Below are positions 27,337 through 34,037 of a DNA stretch of 64,000 nucleotides, in pieces. Under the pieces are notes generated by a model. That model worked only from the letters and a program-made list of their open reading frames with translations, was not told the DNA's origin and made no database searches. The DNA is from an uncultured Planctomycetaceae bacterium (lineage in GTDB: Bacteria > Planctomycetota > Planctomycetia > Pirellulales > JAEUIK01), in contig CAZBWM010000012.1 in the NCBI GenBank assembly GCA_964495375.1, positions 11,323 through 75,322 of the forward strand, read 5' to 3'. The position numbers were made by a program, and so were the translations under genes. Within the stretch, counting starts at the first letter, position 1. The number at the start of each line of letters is the position of its first letter.

Positions 27337-27708
27337 AACGTGGTCTTGGTTTTTGATTCGCGCGGCGAGTCGTGCTTAGCGCTTGGTCATCGTGGTGTCG
27401 TTGTGGTGACTCTCGATGCGGCGCATGTTCTGGCGGCGCGCAAAATGCCAATGCATCCACAGAAGAACACGCCGAAGGACACAGAAGTTCGATCGGTGAT
27501 GCCGTTGGGCGTGGCCACGATCGTTCTGTGATCGTCTGCGCCTTCTGCTGATGTATTCTGTAATTGTTGGCGCGCACGGCGAGCGGGCTCGCGCCAAGCC
27601 GACCCCTTGAACGCATGCGTGCGTGGGCTCCTTGGTGGCAAGTATTTGATTGCAGTCCGCGGCGCGCACCGTATGCGCACGCGGAATTGACTCGCGTCCC
27701 CTTTCGTG

Positions 27709-27790
27709 CCGACGGTGTCAGGAACCACCTCCGACGACGTGCAAGGCACTGGATCGTCGTAGGCTCGGCGGTTCCAGACACCGATTCCGG
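27709..27790. repeat. degenerate 4th copy of the GGTGTCAGGAACCG palindromic element
   Basis: Left arm gccgacggtgtcaggaacca, right arm cggttccagacaccgattccgg. One stem mismatch (A where the other copies have T). Confidence 0.5.
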
Positions 27791-27930
27791 AGCGACTCGC
27801 GTGCCCGGCGCGCATCGCTGGTTTTCGCCGCGTAGCGGCGACGTCGACTTCGAGATCGCCGTGAACTCGCGACCACACAGCAGCGACAATGTCGCCACTG
27901 CGCGGCTTGGTCTTCGCTGAACGTCGAGTG

Positions 27931-27974
27931 TCCGTGGGTTTCACCCACGGCTAAACGCCGCGGCCGCTACGCGG
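27931..27974 (+). repeat. 44-nt CCGTGGGTTTCACCCACGGCTAA..GGCCGCTACGCGGC unit (left, inverted partner at 28576-28621)
   Basis: About 80% identical to the reverse complement of 28576-28621. Contains its own 7-bp hairpin ccgtggg/cccacgg. Confidence 0.6.
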
Positions 27975-28434
27975 CCAAGGACACACGACGATTTACGTCA
28001 GACCATGCGAGCGCGCACGGAAATCGCTTGCCGAAAGCCATCGCTCGACCTTTCGATCGCGCTGCTCCGGAGGAACCGGATTGCGGCGCATTCCTTGCGG
28101 AATTGCACACAATCGGGCACAAAGCTCAACGGGCCGCGATCGGGGCCGATCGGCAGTTTGCGGGCAAATGGCCGGGTCTATCGCCCAGGCCATACCAGCA
28201 TCCTAGGCGCCGGGTGGCTCAGTGTCAATATGTTTTGGAACACCTTTTTGTACATTATTCTCGGAGTTCGAGCCACGATGGGGGCTGGCAAAAACGCCAG
28301 GCTTTGCCCCAATGGCCGCGAGGCTCGCAAGAGATTTCGACAGCGGCCAGCGCAATCAGGCATCGCCCAACACGTTGCATCGACCAAGATCGGGCGGAGC
28401 CTGACTCCCGGCGGCAAACGTCTCGCAGAAAGAA

Positions 28435-28462
28435 GTCTCGCGCAAAGGCGCGAAGGCGCAGA
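28435..28462 (+). repeat. TCTCGCGCAAAGGCGCGAAGGCGCAGAG short repeat (second copy at 37663-37690)
   Basis: The two 28-nt copies differ at only 4 positions (tctcgcgcAaaggcgcGaaggcgcAGag versus tctcgcgcCaaggcgcTaaggcgcGAag). Confidence 0.55.
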
Positions 28463-28575
28463 GCAACGAGGCGGATCAGGATTTCCCGCCCGGCCATTTG
28501 CGGTTGCGGTTCGTCGAGCCCCAAAGGGGATCGGAACTTTCAGCCCAGCGGTTGTCACACAGCGACGATTGCATT

Positions 28576-28621
28576 CGCCGCGTAGCGGCCGAAAGAGCTT
28601 AGCCGTGGGGTGAACCCACGG
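28576..28621 (-). repeat. right inverted partner of the 27931-27974 unit
   Basis: gccgcgtagcggccgaaagagcttagccgtggggtgaacccacgg. A partial third copy ttcgccgcgtagcggcgac lies at 27824-27842. Confidence 0.6.
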
Positions 28622-28720
28622 AACCGTTCGCGAATAGGCGAACAAGCCGCGCAGCGGCGAGAGACAGTGTAGTCATCGCCCTCCGCGTGATGAATCTTCG
28701 TGGAGTGAGCTGAGCAAGAC

Positions 28721-28756
28721 GAGACCAGGGGCTGCGCCAGTGCGGCTATTGACGGT
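28721..28756 (+). repeat. GAGACCAGGGGCT..GGCTATTGACGGT 36-nt direct repeat, copy 1
   Basis: gagaccaggggctgcgccagtgcggctattgacggt versus 29063-29098 gagaccaggggcttccgccacctggctattaacggt. Confidence 0.6.
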
Positions 28757-28892
28757 TAGGGCGCCAGCCGTTTGAGAGCTTGGAACGTATATCGCTGCGC
28801 GGCTGGCGCGAACTGGCGGGGCAACGTCAACTCGCCCTCGCTGGCGCGTCGGGTTCGTGTTGGTGCGCCGCATCGCACGCGGGGCTGCGCCA

Positions 28893-28966
28893 GGGGAACG
28901 GGAGTCGTTTCCGGCCTGCGTCGTCGATGTGTTCTTGGTCGTCGCCCGGAAACGACTCCCGTCCCC
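28893..28966. repeat. GGGGA(A)CGGGAGTCGTTTCCGG long-stem hairpin element (family copy 1)
   Basis: Left arm 28893-28914 and right arm 28946-28966 are complementary over 21 bp with one bulged A. The loop is 31 nt. Confidence 0.7.
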
Positions 28967-29062
28967 TTCAGGCTTGCGGCGGCATCACGTGCCGCAACAT
29001 CGCTAGGCGCGTCAGGGCGGTTTTCTGTCGCCCCGGTTGGGGCTTGCGCTCGATTGCGCGAT

Positions 29063-29098
29063 GAGACCAGGGGCTTCCGCCACCTGGCTATTAACGGT
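29063..29098 (+). repeat. GAGACCAGGGGCT..GGCTATTAACGGT 36-nt direct repeat, copy 2
   Basis: See 28721-28756. Confidence 0.6.
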
Positions 29099-29137
29099 CA
29101 CGGCGTTGTCGTTCATGCAGATCAATAGCATTGCCGA

Positions 29138-29222
29138 GTCGCGCGCGAGGCAACGGCCCCCTCACCCCTAACCCCTCTCCCGCAAGGGGAGAGGGGAACC
29201 GGATGTTGCGTCGCGCGCGAGG
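29138..29222. mobile_element. candidate miniature insertion: 59-bp CCCTCACCC/GAGGGG hairpin element (family copy 3) flanked by a perfect 13-bp direct repeat
   Basis: gtcgcgcgcgagg occurs at 29138-29150 and again at 29210-29222. The enclosed 29151-29209 starts caacgg and ends ccggatgttgc (short terminal inverted match) and contains ccctcacccctaacccctctcccgcaaggggagaggggaac. Confidence 0.4.
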
Positions 29223-29226
29223 CCTA

Positions 29227-29329
<103 letters not shown>

Positions 29330-29344
29330 AGGCTAGCCGTTCTA

Positions 29345-29743
29345 CTAGAACGAAAGTCCCTCGACGTCGGTGGCTTCGGCCAGGAGCTGCGCGAAACTCA
29401 TCGCCCGCGTCTCGATGCACGTGAAGGGGCAGTCGCTGCCGGCGGCGGCGACAATTAGCAGCTCATGAACGCGCGCGACATAGGCCGGCAGCAGCTCGAG
29501 CGCCTCGGCAGCGCTCGTTGGTTCTTTGCCGATTTCTTCGTAAACGTATTGAACTCCGTCGACGATACTGAGCTCGCAGACGATTGCCTGAAGAACGGAC
29601 AGGCTACCCACCCAGCTCAGGATCAGGTTTTCCTTGTACACTTCAAGCTCGCCATCAATCAACGGCGCAACCTCTGCGATCGACCGTCGCAAATAGTCGA
29701 CGATCACCAGCGCTGCATTCAGTCCGCGGTCGAAGTCGATCAT
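29345..29743 (-). CDS. hypothetical acidic 132-aa protein
   Basis: ATG 29743, 23 nt after the stop of the PQQ-propeller gene. Coding-like GC3. No motif recognised. Confidence 0.5.
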   Translation of the reverse strand: MIDFDRGLNAALVIVDYLRRSIAEVAPLIDGELEVYKENLILSWVGSLSVLQAIVCELSIVDGVQYVYEEIGKEPTSAAEALELLPAYVARVHELLIVAAAGSDCPFTCIETRAMSFAQLLAEATDVEGLSF

Positions 29744-29766
29744 GCTTGTCTCGAAGACTCTCTACG

Positions 29767-30882
29767 CTATTTCTCCTCGTCACCCAGCTCGACGCAGACG
29801 ATCTCACGGCTGCCGCGCACGAAGATCCGCGTGCCGACCAGGGCCGGGTGCGAGTAGACGCCGGGGTCGTCGGCGAACAACGACACGCGCGACAGGGGCG
29901 CGAACTGCTCGGCCGCGGCATCGAGCAAAATCAATTCGCCGTGCATGGTGACGATTAGCACCCGGCCGTCGCTGGCGATGGCCGTCGCGTAGTCGTTGAA
30001 GGCCGCGTCGTCGGAAGTCCAAAGCGGTCGCAGGCCGGCCGCCAGATCAAGGCAATGCAACCCACCCCACACGCCGAACACGCGGTTGCCCACCACCACG
30101 GGCGTGTGCGCGTCGGGGGCGAGGTCTTCGTTCACCGCAACTGGCTGCGGGACGATGCGGCCCATCGAGTCGAACTGGTAGAGCCGGGTGCCATTGTTCT
30201 CGGTGGAGACGAGCAGCTTGTCGCCGACGACGATCGGAGTGGGGACGTTGAAATCGTTCGCGCGCGGCGGCTTCAATTGCCAAAGTTGCTGGCCGGTGGC
30301 GACGTCGAACCCGCACAGCGTAGTGCGCTGGTAGCCGATCAGTTGCCGGCGCCCACCCAAGGTGCCGACGACGAACGAGCTGAAGGCGGCTTTGTCGCCG
30401 GGGGTTTGCCAGACGACTTCGCCCGTGGCGGGGCGCAGGGCCACGACTGCGGCGCCGGCCGCGCCGGGATTAACGATCAACAGATCGTCGACCAGCAGCG
30501 GCGACGAGCTGGTCCCCCACGGGGTGTCGTCGGTGACATTGAACTCGCGGTGCAGCGACTTTTTCCAGACCACCTCGCCAGTCGCCAGCCGCACGCACTG
30601 CAAGCGGGAGAAGGCGTTATAGAAATAGACGAACTCGCCATGTACCAGCGGCGACGCGCGCGGCGAGTTGCCGTAGTCGAGATGCCCTGAGGCCAGGTCA
30701 CGGACGGCCCACAGTTCGGCCCCCGTATCGGCGTTTAGGCAGCGGAAGATGTCCAGCTTGTCGAGCGGATCGCGATCGGCGACGAGGACGACGTCGGGCG
30801 TGGCGGCCAGGCCGGCGAGTGCCTGGCCCGTCAGCGTTTTGCGCCAGACCACGCGCGGCGGATCGGCCAAACGCTCGGGCAA
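29767..30882 (-). CDS. PQQ-like (BamB-type) beta-propeller repeat protein
   Basis: Repeated xxGxxxW blades (TGAELWAV, TGEVVWKK, TGEVVWQT, TGQQLWQL, LRPLWTS). ORF begins with TTG and no signal peptide is visible. Confidence 0.7.
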   Translation of the reverse strand: MPERLADPPRVVWRKTLTGQALAGLAATPDVVLVADRDPLDKLDIFRCLNADTGAELWAVRDLASGHLDYGNSPRASPLVHGEFVYFYNAFSRLQCVRLATGEVVWKKSLHREFNVTDDTPWGTSSSPLLVDDLLIVNPGAAGAAVVALRPATGEVVWQTPGDKAAFSSFVVGTLGGRRQLIGYQRTTLCGFDVATGQQLWQLKPPRANDFNVPTPIVVGDKLLVSTENNGTRLYQFDSMGRIVPQPVAVNEDLAPDAHTPVVVGNRVFGVWGGLHCLDLAAGLRPLWTSDDAAFNDYATAIASDGRVLIVTMHGELILLDAAAEQFAPLSRVSLFADDPGVYSHPALVGTRIFVRGSREIVCVELGDEEK

Positions 30883-30941
30883 CCAGTCGGCATGACCGTC
30901 GCGCGCGGGGCCACGCCAGCCTGGCCAGGCGCCGTTGCTAC

Positions 30942-31832
30942 TTACTTTTTTTTTAGGTCGGCGGGGATAGGGACGAAGCCGTCGCGAGTTTCCAGCGCGA
31001 TCCGCAGTTGCGGATCGGTGGTGCTTTTCTTCAGGACGGCGGCGATCTGGTCGCGCTCGGCCTGCGGTAGCTCAGAACGAACGTAGACCTCAATGAAGGG
31101 GACGGGCGTAGTCTCGCCAACGACGCGCAGGGCACCCTTGGCCACGGTTCCGCAACCTTCCAGCAGCGGCTGCGCGTAGCTCGAGATCACCGCGGCCCCG
31201 CGGCGCCCTTGCTTGGCGTCATCGAGAATTTTGAGCGCTCCTTCGTCGCAAGCGACGGCCGTTTCGAGCGTGGCCGGAGGCGTGACGCCATTTTGCTTGA
31301 ACAGCGCCAGGGCGGCCGTGTGCTTTTCGTCGCATTCGGCCGGGCCGAAGACGAGCCGCACGCCGTTCAATTCAGAAATCGACTGCGCCGGATCGGCGGT
31401 CGGCACGACGACCAGCCCGGTCATCGTGGTGCCACCGGCCTTGTTCGACAGCGCGAGAATGGGCGTAAGCGCGAGTTTGGCGCGGGCGGCGTCGTACAGC
31501 ACGACCGAGTGCTTGCCGACGACGATATCAGCCCGGCCCTTGGCGTCGCCATCGAGGGCGGCTTGCAGCGACTCGTTGAAGACAATTGTGACCGGGCGTT
31601 TCAGGTCGCGCTCGAGCCGCGCAGCGAGCAGTTCATAGTCGCGCTGCGCGTAACCTTGCACGCAAGGGCACGACAGCGGCTTGGCCAGTGGGTCCATGAC
31701 GACCAGCGTGAGCGCTTCGGCCGGCGGCGCGGCGAGCGTGGCGCCAGTCGGCAAGGCGAACACCAGCGCTGCGATGACTGACGCTGCGAACAACCGACCA
31801 ACAGACGGCGAGTAGTTTGTGAACCTGGACAT
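30942..31832 (-). CDS. PhnD/PBP2-like periplasmic substrate-binding protein
   Basis: Signal peptide LFAASVIAALVFALPTGATLAAPPA. LTLVVMDPL..RPVTIVFNESLQAALDG..ADIVVGK..LVVVPTADP layout resembles phosphonate-type SBPs. The family call is tentative. Confidence 0.5.
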   Translation of the reverse strand: MSRFTNYSPSVGRLFAASVIAALVFALPTGATLAAPPAEALTLVVMDPLAKPLSCPCVQGYAQRDYELLAARLERDLKRPVTIVFNESLQAALDGDAKGRADIVVGKHSVVLYDAARAKLALTPILALSNKAGGTTMTGLVVVPTADPAQSISELNGVRLVFGPAECDEKHTAALALFKQNGVTPPATLETAVACDEGALKILDDAKQGRRGAAVISSYAQPLLEGCGTVAKGALRVVGETTPVPFIEVYVRSELPQAERDQIAAVLKKSTTDPQLRIALETRDGFVPIPADLKKK

Positions 31833-31926
31833 GAGAGTCCCTTTGGTTGTGCGAATGTGTGGCGGATGGCTGCCGAGTAGCTGCGGGCCGAGCCGCTTCG
31901 CTCGCGAGTAGTTTTCGGATGGACTC

Positions 31927-33360
31927 TTACTTCGACGCCTGATCGGCGACCGGAGCTTGCCGCTTCAGCACGCAGATCGACGACTGGTGCACGTCGAAGC
32001 AATAGACCGTGTTGCCGTCGGGCGAGACCTCGACAATCGAGCTCTTGCAGCCGGGCTGCACGTTGGCTTTGCCGACCAGCCCGAGGAATTCGCCGTCGAG
32101 CGAGAAGAGCTTGACGCGGCCGTCGGACTCGGCGACGTAAAGCTTGTCGCCCAACAGGCGGGTGTTCATCGGATTGCAGCAGCCGCCGAAAGTTTCGCCT
32201 TCGCCGCCGCGGCTCCGCTTGCCCCAGGCCTTGATCTCTTTGCCCTCGGCATCGAAGCGCACGACGCGGTGCCGGGAGTTTTCGGCGACGACCAGTTCGG
32301 CGCCGCAGCACTGCACGTCCATCTGGCCGCAGCAGCCGCTGAGCCCGTCGACGATCCGCACGGGGTTGGCGAAATCGAGATCGGTGCGCCACACGCCGTA
32401 GCCGAATCCTTTGGAGGCGGCGCAAGTGACGAACACGTGATCGGGCCCGGCCGCGATGGCGTTGATCTTGCGCTGCTGGCCGAGCAGGGCTTGCTTCATC
32501 TGCTGGATCTGGGCTTTTTGCGCGTCTTCGCTGGTGCCGCCGATTTGATCGATGGCCTGACGATAGGCGGCGATTGTGGAATCGACCTGCGCTTTGAGCT
32601 CGCGCTCTTCGTCGGTGAGCTCCTCCTCGCTCTTGGCGTCGAGCTCCTTTTTCTGCGCCTCGATTTGATTGAGCGCTTCGGTCAGGGCCTGCGCCTGACC
32701 GAGGACTGCTTCGCGCGCCTGACGCTCGATTGCCTCGGGATCTTGACGGGCGGCGGCCAGGTGCGGCGCTTCGGCCCGGGCGAGCTGCTTACCCTCGCGG
32801 TCGAAGCGGGCCAACACGCCATCGCCAGCGACGATGATGTTGCCATCGACGCCGACATTGATCACCTGCGCGGCGAAGTCGACAGGGAACTTCGCCGGCA
32901 GTTTGCCATCGGCATCGAGCAGGCGAACTTCGGCCGGCGGTGCGTCGGCAGCGGCGGCCTTCGCGTTGGGGTCGACGGGGGCGGCGCCGTGCACGCCGGC
33001 TTCGGGTTGCAGCCGCACGAGGGCGACGAGCTGCCCTTCCTTGGTCAAACAGAACGAGGCCAATTGCTGCGTGGTCCCTTCGTCGATCGGGCGAATGACG
33101 GCCGCTTGCTGATGGGTGCCGGGCCCGTCCTGGCTGGTGGACTCGGGCTCGGCTTGTTCGACGGCGGCGGGAGCGAGCTTCAATCGCAGGCGGCTGCGCG
33201 TTTTCGACGGCTTGCCGGTTTCGGTACAGACGGCGCCGGCCGAGAGGAGCAGGACGCCTCCCCACAACAACACGCGATACTGGCGTGTGAACGCGCGTCG
33301 CTTTGTTTCGAACTCTTGACGCTCCGCGGAAATGTCTTGCAGCTTCGCTGTGGTCTGCAT
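31927..33360 (-). CDS. membrane-anchored protein: split beta-propeller-like domain with coiled-coil insert and paired-cysteine motifs
   Basis: ATG 33360 with RBS agaggag (ORF 31927..33552). TM VLLWGGVLLLSAGAV. Coiled coil EAVLGQAQALTEALNQIEAQKKELDAKSEEELTDEERELKAQ. C-terminal NHL-like blades carrying SGCCGQMDVQCCG, GGCCNPMN and PGCKSS. Confidence 0.55.
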   Translation of the reverse strand: MQTTAKLQDISAERQEFETKRRAFTRQYRVLLWGGVLLLSAGAVCTETGKPSKTRSRLRLKLAPAAVEQAEPESTSQDGPGTHQQAAVIRPIDEGTTQQLASFCLTKEGQLVALVRLQPEAGVHGAAPVDPNAKAAAADAPPAEVRLLDADGKLPAKFPVDFAAQVINVGVDGNIIVAGDGVLARFDREGKQLARAEAPHLAAARQDPEAIERQAREAVLGQAQALTEALNQIEAQKKELDAKSEEELTDEERELKAQVDSTIAAYRQAIDQIGGTSEDAQKAQIQQMKQALLGQQRKINAIAAGPDHVFVTCAASKGFGYGVWRTDLDFANPVRIVDGLSGCCGQMDVQCCGAELVVAENSRHRVVRFDAEGKEIKAWGKRSRGGEGETFGGCCNPMNTRLLGDKLYVAESDGRVKLFSLDGEFLGLVGKANVQPGCKSSIVEVSPDGNTVYCFDVHQSSICVLKRQAPVADQASK

Positions 33361-33602
33361 GGCCTGCTCCTCTGTTGGTTCCCCCGAACGGACGTGGCAG
33401 CCCGAGCCGAAGATGGACTGGCCCAGGCTGACGACTACGACACCACAACCGCGAGTACCCCAGTCAGCATATCGCTGGCGAGCGGCGGGGGGCAAATTTA
33501 TTCGGGGCGGAGGGCGGGAGACGGCTGACAAGAGAGCAAGACCTTGCGGCATTCGAGCGAATTACGCGGCGAATCTAAGTGTATTGGCGGCGCGATCACC
33601 GA

Positions 33603-33628
33603 GGTGCTGCGCACGCCCTACAAAGCTC
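33603..33628 (+). repeat. GGTGYGYTGCGCACRCCCTACAAAGCTC repeat, forward copy
   Basis: ggtgctgcgcacgccctacaaagctc. Confidence 0.65.
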
Positions 33629-33701
33629 CGGCGATGTCCGCGGCACCGCGCGAGAATTCCCCAGCGCGACAATACAGTGCAGCGTCGCGCGAGCTACGGA
33701 G

Positions 33702-33776
33702 GGGGACAGTCCCATGTTTTCGGGCAGCGCGGTTTGATTTTCGCGCGATCGAAGACCGAAAAACGGGACGGTCCCC
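33702..33776. repeat. GGGGACAGTCCC..TTTTCGG hairpin element (family copy 3)
   Basis: Left arm ggggacagtcccatgttttcgg (33702-33723). Right arm ccgaaaaacgggacggtcccc (33756-33776). Confidence 0.55.
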
Positions 33777-33995
33777 GGCACTGCTTGTTCGTCGGCGGAT
33801 ACGTCGATTCGTTAGGACTACACGAATGACGCCGACGACCAAGCAATGGCACACGGGTCGATATCACGCTGGTTCCTGCGCACGCCCCACGAGCGACCCC
33901 GCGTGAAGTGCTGATCGCGAGAACATGATGCTCCGCCAAACGAGCTAGCGCGCGGGATGAATCCCGGGGCTAACAAGATCGCGGCGAACGATCCG

Positions 33996-34024
33996 TGGTG
34001 TGCTGCGCACACCCTACAAAGCTC
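33996..34024 (+). repeat. GGTG..GCGCACACCCTACAAAGCTC repeat, forward copy abutting the stop of 34038..36338
   Basis: ggtgtgctgcgcacaccctacaaagctct. Confidence 0.65.
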
Positions 34025-34037
34025 TGCGCGAGTGTGG

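Noticed and set aside
27335-28645. Track ORFs inside the repeat-rich segment (e.g. 27387..27944 -, 27335..27898 -, 28005..28613 +, 28178..28645 -)
   Set aside because: They mutually overlap in several frames and are Arg/Pro/Ser/Ala-rich. They read straight through recognisable repeat units (e.g. FLTPSARKG, SPRSGRKSLAVG). They have no RBS and no motifs.
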